IMG/VR virus record: IMGVR_UViG_2880949579_000002
Coordinates: 1,060 to 65,059 of that record
DNA: 64,000 nt
Origin: a virus
Lineage: Duplodnaviria; Caudoviricetes
Strand: one strand, 5' to 3'
Below are positions 27,558 through 37,493 of this stretch, piece after piece. The notes beneath the pieces were generated by a model. The model searched no databases. It was not told where the DNA came from and saw only the letters and a program-made list of their open reading frames with translations. A program made the translations under genes and the position numbers. The stretch's first letter is position 1. The number at the start of each line of letters is the position of its first letter.

Positions 27558-29911
27558 AGATAGCATACGGTAACAGCCGAATGGATAAGAAATGGAAAAA
27601 CACAGACATCAGCTGGGAGGACTTCTGCTCCCGAGTTAAGACCACGCAGCGTACCACTGAAACCGTAGAAGAATATCGAAAAATGAGAAAAGGTGGTCAG
27701 GATTCCATTAAAGATGTCGGGGGTTTTGTCGGCGGTCACTTAAAAGATGGTAGACGCAAAAAAGGGAATGTTCTATCACGCTCCATGCTCACCCTTGATA
27801 TGGATTATGGCACAAGTACTATCTGGGAAGAAATCTCTACCTTCTTCCCTTATCAGTGTTGTATCTATTCTACTCATAAGCATACTCCAGAAAATCCAAG
27901 ACTAAGGCTGATCATTCCTCTCTTCCGTGATGTGGGTGAGGAAGAGTATGCAGCCGTAAGTCGTATGGTCGCAAAAGAAATCGGCATCGACCTTTTTGAT
28001 GATACGACCTATGAACCTGAACGATTAATGTATTGGCCGTCTACTTCTAGAAATGGCATTTTTGTGTATGAGGAAAAAGATGGTTCTCTCCTTGATCCTG
28101 ATGTATTTCTAAATAAATACGATGATTGGCGAGACACCAGTACTTGGCCGGTATCCTCTAGGCAATCAGAAGTCATTGATCGCTCATTAAAAGAACAAGC
28201 CGATCCGCTTTCTAAGGAAGGCGTCATCGGTACTTTTTGCCGCACCTACTCAGTAAGCAGTGCAATCGATATGTTCTTAAAGGATATATACGAGCCTTCA
28301 GCAATGACTGGTCGTTATGATTATATTCCTGCAGATTCCAGTGCCGGGGTCATCCTCTATGATGATAAGTTTGCCTATTCCCACCACGCAACAGATCCTG
28401 CAAGTGGGAGACTTCTTAATGCTTTCGATCTTGTTCGTATTCATAAGTTTGGTCATTTAGATGATCGAGCGACAGAAAACACACCTCCAAGCAAACTACC
28501 ATCCTTTATCAACATGTGTGAATTTGCTATTCAAGATGATGAAGTAAAGGCACAGTTTACGAAAGAGCGGATGGAGCAGGCCACAATTGATTTTACGGAG
28601 GACAACTGGCAGACAGCGCTTGAACTGGATAAGCAAGGAAAGATTAAGGACACCTTGGATAATATCGTTCTCATCATCCGTAACGATTCAGAACTAGAAT
28701 CTATTGCTTTTAATAAGCACCGTGATGGAATCGATGCAAGAGACGGACTACCTTGGGAGCAAATGAAGGGCGGCTGGAATGATTCAGATAATGCAGCCCT
28801 TAAAGTTTATCTGTCTAATAAATATGGCATCTACTCCCCAACCAAAACAAAGGATGCCATATTAGCAGTCGCAGCAGAGCGATCCTATCATCCTATAAAA
28901 GAATACCTGGATCATCTACCAGAGTGGGATGGAACCGATCGCGTTGAGACCTTACTGATTGATTATTTTAATGCAACAGATAATTCCTATACCAGAGCCG
29001 TTACTAGAAAAATGATGGTGGCAGCAGTCGCTAGAATTGTTCATCCTGGTACGAAATTCGACAGCGTTTTAATTCTGAATGGACCACAAGGCATCGGTAA
29101 GTCTACCTTCTTTGCAAAACTTGCAGGTGATTGGTTTTCCGATAGTTTAACCCTCACCGATATGAAAGACAAAGCAGGCCCTGAAAAACTTCAAGGATAC
29201 TGGATCTTAGAACTGGGCGAACTAGCTGGCATGCGAAAAACCGATGTGGAGGTTGTGAAATCCTTTATTTCAAGATCCGATGATAAATACCGTGCCAGTT
29301 ATGGGGTGAATGTTGAAAGCCATCCTCGTCAATGTATCATTGTCGGATCTACCAATGCAGAGAGTGGATTTTTGCGAGATATCACGGGTAACCGAAGATT
29401 CTGGCCAGTGCGTATTAGTGGTGACGGTAAAAGAAAAGCATGGCAGATGTCCGTATACGATGTAGAGCAGATTTGGGCAGAAACTTTGGTGCTTTATGCC
29501 AAAGGTGAAAAGCTCTATTTAGAGGGCAGTGATGTAGAGTTGGCAACGAATGAGCAGGCAGATGCCATGGAGAGTGATGAGCGAGAAGGGCTTGTTCGCA
29601 CTTACCTCGATACACTTTTACCCGACGACTGGAATGCCCTGTCCTTATACGAGCGAAGAAACTACCTAAACGGTAGTGAATTTGGTGGGGAATCCCGTGT
29701 TGGCACGGTAGAACGCACCCTTGTTTGTAATATGGAAATTTGGTGTGAATGCTTTGGGAGGGATGCCTCCGCCATGAAACCTGCAGACTCCTATGCCATT
29801 GCAGGCATTATGAAAAAGATTAATGGGTGGAACAAGTACCAAGGGAACAAGAACGGAACAAGTAATTTTCCCATTTACGGTAGACAACGTTGTTACGAGA
29901 AAAATGAGTAA
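27554..29911 (+). CDS. Primase-helicase (VapE/VirE family)
   Basis: N-terminal LTLDMD, YSTHKH primase-polymerase-like motifs; GPQGIGKS Walker A; TGNRRFWP. Confidence 0.88.
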   Translation: MKIAYGNSRMDKKWKNTDISWEDFCSRVKTTQRTTETVEEYRKMRKGGQDSIKDVGGFVGGHLKDGRRKKGNVLSRSMLTLDMDYGTSTIWEEISTFFPYQCCIYSTHKHTPENPRLRLIIPLFRDVGEEEYAAVSRMVAKEIGIDLFDDTTYEPERLMYWPSTSRNGIFVYEEKDGSLLDPDVFLNKYDDWRDTSTWPVSSRQSEVIDRSLKEQADPLSKEGVIGTFCRTYSVSSAIDMFLKDIYEPSAMTGRYDYIPADSSAGVILYDDKFAYSHHATDPASGRLLNAFDLVRIHKFGHLDDRATENTPPSKLPSFINMCEFAIQDDEVKAQFTKERMEQATIDFTEDNWQTALELDKQGKIKDTLDNIVLIIRNDSELESIAFNKHRDGIDARDGLPWEQMKGGWNDSDNAALKVYLSNKYGIYSPTKTKDAILAVAAERSYHPIKEYLDHLPEWDGTDRVETLLIDYFNATDNSYTRAVTRKMMVAAVARIVHPGTKFDSVLILNGPQGIGKSTFFAKLAGDWFSDSLTLTDMKDKAGPEKLQGYWILELGELAGMRKTDVEVVKSFISRSDDKYRASYGVNVESHPRQCIIVGSTNAESGFLRDITGNRRFWPVRISGDGKRKAWQMSVYDVEQIWAETLVLYAKGEKLYLEGSDVELATNEQADAMESDEREGLVRTYLDTLLPDDWNALSLYERRNYLNGSEFGGESRVGTVERTLVCNMEIWCECFGRDASAMKPADSYAIAGIMKKINGWNKYQGNKNGTSNFPIYGRQRCYEKNE

Positions 29912-30112
29912 GGTCGTTCCTTGTTCTTTAGTTGTTCCTTACGCTTGTTCTCTTAAAAACCCAGTCATTACCGATGTTTAGGCTTTACTGGAATGAGTGG
30001 AACAAGAGTTTTACTACTTAGTAATAAATTAATAAATAGTAGTAGTAAAGCATCGTGAGCGTGTGTATGCGCGCGTATAGGAAAAAACGTTAAAAGTTGT
30101 GCTTGTTGTTCC
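29829..30112. repeat. Iteron-like GGAACAA(G)/(C)TTGTTC repeats around an AT-rich palindrome (candidate replication origin)
   Basis: Forward copies 29829, 29844, 29855, 29999; reverse copies 29920, 29932, 29944, 30106. Confidence 0.55.
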
Positions 30113-30135
30113 TGATGAATTGTTGGAGGTCATTT

Positions 30136-30417
30136 ATGCAAGAAAAATATATAGAACAAAAACTGGTAGCGACAGTAAAAAGCATGGGAGGTATGGCTCC
30201 GAAATTTGTAAGTCCTGGAATAGATGGAATGCCTGACCGCATTGTGTTACTTCCCATGGGTAGAATCGCCTTTGTTGAATGTAAGGCAACAGGGAAAAAG
30301 ATGCGTCCTTTACAGAAAAAAAGAAAGAAACAACTAGAGGCATTAGGCTTTCTGGTTTATTGCCTGGATGATGTAAAACAGATTGGAGGGATACTTAGTG
30401 AAATACAAGCCACATGA
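30136..30417 (+). CDS. VRR-NUC domain nuclease
   Basis: EK.IE..GMPDRIVL..FVECK..RPLQ. Confidence 0.88.
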   Translation: MQEKYIEQKLVATVKSMGGMAPKFVSPGIDGMPDRIVLLPMGRIAFVECKATGKKMRPLQKKRKKQLEALGFLVYCLDDVKQIGGILSEIQAT

Positions 30418-31750
30418 ATACCAAAGCTATGCCACTGAATTCATTTTATCCCATCCCATATCTGCAGTATTTCTTGAAATGGGTTTAGGTAAAAGTGTGA
30501 TTACCTTATCCGCCATATTTGATCTGTGTTTGGATAGTTTCCTCGTTTGCAAGGTGTTAGTGATTGCGCCTTTAAGAGTAGCAAGAGACACATGGCCAGC
30601 AGAAATCAATAAGTGGGATCATTTAAAAGGACTCTCTTACTCGGTGGCAGTGGGAACGGAAAAAGAAAGAATCGATGCTCTCAAAAAACAATCCACACTA
30701 TATATCATCAACCGTGAGAACGTGGATTGGTTGGTTCACAAAAGTGGTATTCCCTTTCAATTTGATATGGTGGTCATTGATGAATTGTCATCCTTTAAGT
30801 CTTATGGAGCAAAACGGTTTAAAAGTCTACTCAAAGTAAGACCCTCTGTAAAAAGAATAGTCGGTCTTACCGGAACTCCTTCTAGTAATGGATTGATGGA
30901 TTTATGGGCAGAGTTTCGCATTCTTGATTTGGGTCAAAGGCTTGGACGCTACATTAGCCATTACCGAAATACCTACTTTACACCAGATAAGAGAAATGCC
31001 CAGATTATATTTTCTTATAAACCACTACCCGGCGCTGAAGAGGAAATCTACAAACAAATATCAGACATCACCATTTCTATGAAATCTACCGATTATCTCA
31101 CCATGCCTGAATATGTCAGCAATGAAGTTTTTGTCACTTTAAGTGAAAAAGAATGGAAAGTCTATTCAGATTTCAAGGAAGACATGGTGGCTAACTTAGG
31201 TGATGAAGAAATTGATGCGGTTAATGCGGCAGTTCTTTCTGGAAAACTGCTACAGATGGCAAATGGTGCAGTATACGATAGCGAGAATAAGGCTCATGTG
31301 ATTCATGACAAAAAGCTAGATGCCTTGGAAGATTTAATCGAAGGAGCAAATGGAAAACCGGTCCTTGTTGCTTATTGGTATAAGCATGATTTAGAGCGGA
31401 TTAAAGAGCGATTTCCGGTAAGGCAAATTCAGTCATCAAAGGATATTGAGGATTGGAATGATGGAAAGATACCCATTGCTGTTATTCATCCAGCCAGTGC
31501 AGGTCATGGTCTTAATCTTCAAAGCGGTGGTTCAACGCTTATCTGGTTTGGTCTGACCTGGTCACTAGAGCTGTATCAACAAACTAATGCAAGACTTTAT
31601 AGGCAGGGTCAAAAGGATACAGTTATTGTTCACCACATCATCACCAAAAACACCATCGATGAAGACGTACTGCTTGCACTCACAAAAAAGGAGAAAACTC
31701 AAGATACCTTAATTGATGCGGTAAAGGCGAATTTAGAGGTGATGCGATGA
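30398..31750 (+). CDS. SNF2-family helicase
   Basis: MGLGKS, VIDELS, LTGTP, GHGLNLQ, QTNARLYRQGQ. Confidence 0.9.
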   Translation: MKYKPHEYQSYATEFILSHPISAVFLEMGLGKSVITLSAIFDLCLDSFLVCKVLVIAPLRVARDTWPAEINKWDHLKGLSYSVAVGTEKERIDALKKQSTLYIINRENVDWLVHKSGIPFQFDMVVIDELSSFKSYGAKRFKSLLKVRPSVKRIVGLTGTPSSNGLMDLWAEFRILDLGQRLGRYISHYRNTYFTPDKRNAQIIFSYKPLPGAEEEIYKQISDITISMKSTDYLTMPEYVSNEVFVTLSEKEWKVYSDFKEDMVANLGDEEIDAVNAAVLSGKLLQMANGAVYDSENKAHVIHDKKLDALEDLIEGANGKPVLVAYWYKHDLERIKERFPVRQIQSSKDIEDWNDGKIPIAVIHPASAGHGLNLQSGGSTLIWFGLTWSLELYQQTNARLYRQGQKDTVIVHHIITKNTIDEDVLLALTKKEKTQDTLIDAVKANLEVMR

Positions 31751-31968
31751 CAGAACCTTATCAAGATTTAGCCAATGCCATTATTTTGATGGCTGTTAAG
31801 GATTATAGAGATGCCTTAAAGAAACTAAAAAAACGGCCTAAATATGGACCGGCACAAGATATAAAAAACGAGGTGGAGAGGTTCTTCCGCTCTGATTGGT
31901 ATAGAGAACTTACCTCTGTTGATGGGAATGTCCTAATCAAAAAGCTACAAGCGGAGGTGAGCGAGTAA
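31747..31968 (+). CDS. Conserved phage hypothetical protein
   Basis: Translationally coupled; LANAII..AVKDY..ERFFRSDW. Confidence 0.7.
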   Translation: MTEPYQDLANAIILMAVKDYRDALKKLKKRPKYGPAQDIKNEVERFFRSDWYRELTSVDGNVLIKKLQAEVSE

Positions 31969-32420
31969 TGAAAGCAAAAGAATATTTACATCAAGCCTAT
32001 AGGCTAGATAAACGAATCCAATCCAACATTGAGGAAATGGAAAGGCTAAGGGAGCTATCGACCAGTGTTTCCTCCCCTAGTTGGGGTGAGAGAATACAAA
32101 AGGGGCGGCATACCGATGCTTTGTTTGTCAGATACCTAGAGCGAATTGAAGAACTTCAAATCAAGATTAATGATGAGGTAGATCATCTTGTAGCACTGAA
32201 AGCAGAGATTCGAGATGTGATTAATAAAGTAACGGATATCGATGAACGCATGGTGTTACGTTACCGTTATGTTCATAACTTTACTTGGGAGCAAATCGGT
32301 GATGAGCTGAACGCTGATAAGAGTACCATTCGCAGATGGCATGGCAATGCCTTAAATCATGTGGTCGTACCTGAAAATCCAATTGTTATTCAAATGTTGA
32401 ACAGCAATGAGCACTTTTGA
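31968..32420 (+). CDS. RinA/ArpU-like late transcriptional activator
   Basis: AKEYL..; ERMVLRYRYV..TWEQIGDEL..TIRRWH; last gene before the packaging module. Confidence 0.8.
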   Translation: MKAKEYLHQAYRLDKRIQSNIEEMERLRELSTSVSSPSWGERIQKGRHTDALFVRYLERIEELQIKINDEVDHLVALKAEIRDVINKVTDIDERMVLRYRYVHNFTWEQIGDELNADKSTIRRWHGNALNHVVVPENPIVIQMLNSNEHF

Positions 32421-32458
32421 GCAGAGATAAGCACCTCATCTTTATGTTACATTATAAT
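32408..32458 (+). promoter_or_regulatory. Candidate late promoter with 10-bp-phased T(G/A)AGCA repeats
   Basis: Repeats at 32408, 32418, 32428; TATAAT at 32453. Confidence 0.55.
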
Positions 32459-32538
32459 CAGCAAGATAGAATACTTACCAAGCCTTGTGGGATGCGCCCT
32501 GCAGGGCTTTTTCTATGCCCAGAAAGCGAGGTGATATG

Positions 32539-32898
32539 ATGCCAAGAAAACCAAAACGACCATGCAGTACACCAGGCTGTCCCAACTTAACCGATGGCCA
32601 GTACTGTGAAGACCATCGAGTAGAAGAGCGTAGGCGCTATGACAAATACCAACGGTCAAGCGATGTTAATAAGAAATACGGCAGAGCCTGGAAAAGAATC
32701 CGTGACCGCTATGTACGAGAACATCCCCTGTGTGAAATGTGTAAAGAGGACGGAAGACTAACTCCCACCGATGAAGTGCATCACGTCCTCCCTGTATCTC
32801 ATGGTGGTACACACGATAGAAGTAATTTGATGTCCTTGTGTAAATCCTGTCACAACAAGATTCATTTAGAAATCGGTGATCGACAGATTCGCAACTGA
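32539..32898 (+). CDS. Terminase-associated HNH endonuclease
   Basis: HPLCEMC..EVHH..NLMSLCKSCHNKIH. Confidence 0.9.
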   Translation: MPRKPKRPCSTPGCPNLTDGQYCEDHRVEERRRYDKYQRSSDVNKKYGRAWKRIRDRYVREHPLCEMCKEDGRLTPTDEVHHVLPVSHGGTHDRSNLMSLCKSCHNKIHLEIGDRQIRN

Positions 32899-33017
32899 GC
32901 CAAGGGGGAGGTCAAATCTCTAGACCTCTTATGGCGGACAACGGCCTGGGGCTTCGCGTGTAAAAATCAGAAATCAAAGGGGGTATTAAAGACTTTTAGG
33001 AAAGTGGGGTGAAAAAC
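32899..33017. other. Probable cos region
   Basis: GC-rich intergenic stretch between HNH and terS, the usual cos position in HK97-like phages; cut site not determinable. Confidence 0.45.
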
Positions 33018-33557
33018 ATGGCGAAAGACGGTACAGCAAGAGGCGGTCAGCGTGTTGGCGCAGGAAGAAAATCAAAGGCTCTAACCGACAAAATTACTGA
33101 CGGCAGATTAAATGGAGCCATGATACTGCCAGAGCCAACAGAAATAGAAGGTGCAGATGTGCCGGCTGTAAAGGATTATTTAAAGGCTACTCAGAAAAAT
33201 GGCAAAGATCTCTGTGCAGAAGATATTTATATCGAAACTTACAAGTGGCTGAAAGATCGTGGCTGCGAAATGTTAGTAAACAACCAGCTAATCGAGCAGT
33301 ATGCCATGAGTGTTTCTCGTTGGATTCAGTGTGAAGAGTGTATTTCAGAATATGGCTTTCTAGCCAAGCATCCAACCACTTCAGCTGCCATCGCATCACC
33401 TTATGTTGCGATGAGTCGTGAATACATGAAACAGGTCAATCAATGTTGGTATCAGATTTACCAAATTGTAAAAGAAAACTGCTCTGTGGAGTTCGGTGGC
33501 AGAAGTCCACAAGACGATTTGATGGAGTGGTTATTATCTGCTCGGAAAGGAAAATAA
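33018..33557 (+). CDS. terS: Terminase small subunit (P27 family)
   Basis: GTARGGQRVGAGRK N-terminus; position. Confidence 0.75.
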   Translation: MAKDGTARGGQRVGAGRKSKALTDKITDGRLNGAMILPEPTEIEGADVPAVKDYLKATQKNGKDLCAEDIYIETYKWLKDRGCEMLVNNQLIEQYAMSVSRWIQCEECISEYGFLAKHPTTSAAIASPYVAMSREYMKQVNQCWYQIYQIVKENCSVEFGGRSPQDDLMEWLLSARKGK

Positions 33558-33558
33558 A

Positions 33559-34722
33559 ATGAAAAAATATAGAACGTGTGAAAGTGTATGTAAAGGTCAT
33601 CCCGATAAATTATGTGACCTAATTTCAGATAGCATTTTAGATGCGTGTTTAAGAAAAGATAAATCCTCTCGTGTTGCTTGCGAGGTGATGGCAACCAAAG
33701 GACACATCATTGTTGCCGGTGAGATTACCTGCTCAAAGAGAATTGATATCAGAGGTGTTGTCCGCCGTGTTCTGACGGATGTTGGTTACAATCCCAGAAA
33801 GTTTTTAGTCTTTGTCTACGTCCATCAGCAAAGTAAAGATATCGCAGGTGGTGTGGATAGGGCCTTGGAATCTCGTGAGGGTGATACGTCATGGTATTCC
33901 ATGTTAGGGGCGGGTGACCAAGGCACCGTTTATGGCTATGCCACCAATGAAACCAGTGAAAAACTACCTCTCCCCTTAGTCTTATCCCACGCCATTTGCG
34001 AAAAGCTAGATAAGGTGATGAAAAATGGTGTCATTAAAGATATTGGCCCAGATGGTAAGGCTCAAGTGACCGTTGAATATGAAGGTGACAAACCAAAACG
34101 AATTAAGACCATCGTTGTCTCCGTTCAACACAGTGCAGATAAAGATTTAGATGTTTTAAGAAATGAAGTCATTGCTCAGGTGCTGTGGCCTGTCTTTGAA
34201 AAATATCCATTTGACGATGAAACTGAGATCCTTATTAATCCAAGTGGACGATTTGTTGAAGGAGGACCAGCAGCAGATACAGGGCTTACGGGAAGAAAAA
34301 TCATGGTTGATACCTATGGTGGACTCGCCGCTCATGGTGGCGGTGCGTTTTCAGGCAAAGACCCGACAAAAGTGGACCGCAGTGGTGCTTATATGGCTAG
34401 GGCGATTGCAAAGAATATTGTTCGATGTGGCTTTGCTAAGCGATGTCAGGTTGCGATTTCCTATGCTATTGGAAAAGCAGATCCGGTTGCTCTTGAGATT
34501 GATACCTTTGGAACAGGCACGGTGGAAGAAAGGATCCTTTGTCGTGCAGTGCTAGATGTATTCAATCTAAGACCTGCAGCCATTATCGAAAAGCTAAAGC
34601 TGACGGATGTTATTTATGAAGATACAGCTACTTACGGTCATTTCAGATATGGCTTAAGCACGTGGGAATTTTTGGATTGCTATACAGAACTAAGGGAGGC
34701 GGTAAACAAATATGTTGATTGA
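33559..34722 (+). CDS. metK: S-adenosylmethionine synthetase
   Basis: ESV..GHPDK, GAGDQG, PDGKAQV, GGGAFSGKDPTKVDRS signatures. Confidence 0.95.
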   Translation: MKKYRTCESVCKGHPDKLCDLISDSILDACLRKDKSSRVACEVMATKGHIIVAGEITCSKRIDIRGVVRRVLTDVGYNPRKFLVFVYVHQQSKDIAGGVDRALESREGDTSWYSMLGAGDQGTVYGYATNETSEKLPLPLVLSHAICEKLDKVMKNGVIKDIGPDGKAQVTVEYEGDKPKRIKTIVVSVQHSADKDLDVLRNEVIAQVLWPVFEKYPFDDETEILINPSGRFVEGGPAADTGLTGRKIMVDTYGGLAAHGGGAFSGKDPTKVDRSGAYMARAIAKNIVRCGFAKRCQVAISYAIGKADPVALEIDTFGTGTVEERILCRAVLDVFNLRPAAIIEKLKLTDVIYEDTATYGHFRYGLSTWEFLDCYTELREAVNKYVD

Positions 34723-35950
34723 AAAGAAGAACACAAAAGACCTCATCCCTGCAACATACAATCCTCGTAAAGATTTGAAACCAGGAGATGCAGAATATGA
34801 TAAATTAAAACGCTCCATTGAACAATTTGGTTATGTAGAGCCGGTTATCTGGAATAAGGTGACCGGCCATGTTGTTGGTGGGCATCAAAGACTGAAGGTT
34901 CTCATCGATATGGGCATCACAGAAGTTGAATGTGTCATCATCGAGATGGACGAAGAGAAAGAAAAAGCACTTAACATCGCACTCAATAAAATCAGCGGTG
35001 ATTGGGACAAGGATAAATTGGCTCTTCTAATTTCAGATTTACAAGGTGTAGATTTTGATGTTTCCCTAACTGGATTTGACCCTAAAGAACTGGATGACTT
35101 ATTTAAAGACACGCTGAAAGAGGGGATCCACGATGATGACTTTGATGTGGAGACAGAACTAAAAAAGCCTGCCATCAGCAAGCTTGGTGACATCTGGACA
35201 CTTGGCAGACACAGGCTTATCTGTGGTGACTCCACCAAAAAAGAAACCTATGATGTGCTGATGAATAAAAAGAAGGCAAACTTGTGTGTAACAGATCCTC
35301 CCTACAATGTGAATTATGAAGGTGCTGCAGGGAAAATCAAAAATGACCATATGGCAAATGATGCCTTCTACCAGTTCCTCTTAGATGCTTTTATCAACAT
35401 CGAAGAAGTTCTAGCAGACGATGCTTCCATTTATGTATTCCATGCCGACACCGAAGGGTTTAACTTTAGAAAAGCCTTCTCGGATGCCGGTTTTTATTTG
35501 TCTGGCTGTTGCATATGGAAAAAGGACTCCCTTGTACTGGGGCGTTCTCCGTATCAATGGCAGCACGAACCTGTGCTGTTTGGCTGGAAAAAGAAAGGCA
35601 AGCATCAGTGGTATACGGGCAGGAAAGAAACCACCATCTGGGAATTTGATAAGCCGAAGAGAAATGGCGACCATCCTACGATGAAACCTATCCCTCTGCT
35701 CGCCTATCCGATTTTGAACTCCTCGATGACTAACACCATTGTGCTAGATCCTTTTGGCGGCAGTGGTAGTACCCTAATTGCCTGTGAGCAATCAGAACGC
35801 ATCTGCTACACCGCGGAACTAGATGAGAAGTTTTGTGATGTCATTATTAAACGCTACATTGAGCAGGTTGGAACTTCCAAAGAAGTCAGTGTTCAAAGAG
35901 ACGGGTTTAGCTATGGTTTTGATGAGTTGGAATTAGCTGCGGATGAGTAG
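34712..35950 (+). CDS. ParB-like domain plus N6A/N4C DNA methyltransferase
   Basis: YNPR..FGYVEP..GGHQR; TDPPYN, HPTMKP, DPFGGSGST. Confidence 0.92.
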   Translation: MLIEKKNTKDLIPATYNPRKDLKPGDAEYDKLKRSIEQFGYVEPVIWNKVTGHVVGGHQRLKVLIDMGITEVECVIIEMDEEKEKALNIALNKISGDWDKDKLALLISDLQGVDFDVSLTGFDPKELDDLFKDTLKEGIHDDDFDVETELKKPAISKLGDIWTLGRHRLICGDSTKKETYDVLMNKKKANLCVTDPPYNVNYEGAAGKIKNDHMANDAFYQFLLDAFINIEEVLADDASIYVFHADTEGFNFRKAFSDAGFYLSGCCIWKKDSLVLGRSPYQWQHEPVLFGWKKKGKHQWYTGRKETTIWEFDKPKRNGDHPTMKPIPLLAYPILNSSMTNTIVLDPFGGSGSTLIACEQSERICYTAELDEKFCDVIIKRYIEQVGTSKEVSVQRDGFSYGFDELELAADE

Positions 35951-36019
35951 TCGGCACTGTTTAGTTAACACAATTAGAGGGTAATACTTAGGACTTCTTT
36001 CTACACTAAATAATCGAGA

Positions 36020-36058
36020 AAAAGCTTGCTATATCAGTACTTTAGAGTGATATATGTA
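36020..36058 (+). promoter_or_regulatory. Promoter-like motif AAAAGCTTGCTAT-N8-TTTAGAGTGAT-N-TATGTA, copy A
   Basis: Second copy at 60395-60433. Confidence 0.65.
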
Positions 36059-36085
36059 CATACCAAAACAAAGGAGGTTTTGTAC

Positions 36086-36778
36086 ATGGTCATTAAATAT
36101 AACGTAACAGGAACAGACCGAAAAAGGCTAGTCACAGCACTGAGCAAGCTTACAGGTGTGAAAGCAAAGTATCTAGGAATGCCTAGCATGGCTTATGAGG
36201 TGGGGGATTTTATCATCGACAAGAATGGAACACTTGAACTGACTGGCAAGGCAGAAGGCGAAGAAATCGAAAGTGTGGCCGAGCATTTATTAAGTGAGGG
36301 CTTTACCCCAATGGAAGAAACTAAGGCCACAGAGGGCGCACAAACGGCGGATAGCGGAACATTTGGTCTTTGTATCTCCATGCCAAGAAATAGCTTTACT
36401 GATACAGCATTAGAAAACGTAAAAGCAATCATTCAGGTAAAAGGCGAACTGATTCGTCACGCTTTGCGGCTAGACGATTTACCAATTAAGATTTCAGAAG
36501 AGGAAGTCTCATTTCCTTGGTTTGAAGAAATGCCTACACCAGAAGAGGTACAAGCGTATACCCACTTTATTTCAGCTCTTTGTGAGATGGCAAGGAATCA
36601 AAAACGCATCACGGTAAAAGAAAAGGAAACTCCGAATGAGAAATATGCATTCCGATGCTTTTTACTGCGTCTGGGCTTTATTGGAAAAGAATATAAGGAA
36701 GAACGAAAAATACTGCTTAGAAACCTAACAGGTTCATCGGCATTTAAAGGAGGAGCTAAAAATGAGGATAATCAGTAA
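36086..36778 (+). CDS. Conserved phage protein (often annotated virulence-related protein)
   Basis: AGGAGG RBS; NEKYAFRCFLLRLGFIG..RKILLRNL.G. Confidence 0.7.
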   Translation: MVIKYNVTGTDRKRLVTALSKLTGVKAKYLGMPSMAYEVGDFIIDKNGTLELTGKAEGEEIESVAEHLLSEGFTPMEETKATEGAQTADSGTFGLCISMPRNSFTDTALENVKAIIQVKGELIRHALRLDDLPIKISEEEVSFPWFEEMPTPEEVQAYTHFISALCEMARNQKRITVKEKETPNEKYAFRCFLLRLGFIGKEYKEERKILLRNLTGSSAFKGGAKNEDNQ

Positions 36779-36992
36779 AGAAAGACTACATCATCTTCGT
36801 AAAAAGTATCCTGTTGGATGCCGTGTAGAACTATTAAGGATGGATGATATACAAGCACCAGTGATTGGAACAAAAGGAACAGTAATAGGTGTAGATGATA
36901 TCGGTTCAATCATGGTGTCTTGGGACACCGGGTCTAGTTTATCCGTTGTTTACGGAGAAGACCTTTGCAGGAGGATTGACGATGACAAGTAA
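36762..36992 (+). CDS. DUF4314-like protein
   Basis: YPVGCRVEL..GTKGTV..VDD.G.I.V.WD.GS.L. Confidence 0.75.
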   Translation: MRIISKERLHHLRKKYPVGCRVELLRMDDIQAPVIGTKGTVIGVDDIGSIMVSWDTGSSLSVVYGEDLCRRIDDDK

Positions 36993-37161
36993 GATAAAAG
37001 AGCAGATTATTGCCATTCGAGATACAGGCCTTACTAATATGTTTGATGTGAACGCAGTCCAAAGAATCGCAGATGAAATGGAATTTTATGAGCTGGTCAT
37101 TTTTCTTGAAGAAGAAAAAGCCAAGTATGTGAAGTTCATTTTATACGGTAATGGAGAATGA
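36982..37161 (+). CDS. DUF5049-like protein
   Basis: IRDTGLTNMFDV..VQ. Confidence 0.7.
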   Translation: MTSKIKEQIIAIRDTGLTNMFDVNAVQRIADEMEFYELVIFLEEEKAKYVKFILYGNGE

Positions 37162-37164
37162 AAC

Positions 37165-37389
37165 ATGTGGAAAAAGGGTAGCATCAAAGTTCAGGACAGC
37201 ATCATCCGCTATTGGATAAAATGCTATGAAAGAGGTTCAAAATTCGGAATTAACGAAGGCCGCATCTCTAAGCTCATGCTTAAGTGTGACGGTGAGATTG
37301 TCGCAAATTATGACCGAGGGTGGGACATGAAACCCGCTGATGAAGAGACAAAATTTGCACTTAGCTTACTGCTAAAAGAATATAACTAA
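37165..37389 (+). CDS. Conserved phage hypothetical protein
   Basis: S.FGINEGRISKL..NYDRGWD. Confidence 0.7.
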   Translation: MWKKGSIKVQDSIIRYWIKCYERGSKFGINEGRISKLMLKCDGEIVANYDRGWDMKPADEETKFALSLLLKEYN

Positions 37390-37493
37390 CGATTACTAGA
37401 GGACAGTGCCATAATTGGCTCTGTTTCTCGTAGGAAATAGAGTAATGAGACTTGTTTAATACAGGTCTATTTTTATGCTCATTTTGAAGGGAG

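Noticed and set aside
27554-29911. Virulence-associated protein E as a virulence factor
   Set aside because: Motifs and context indicate a phage primase-helicase
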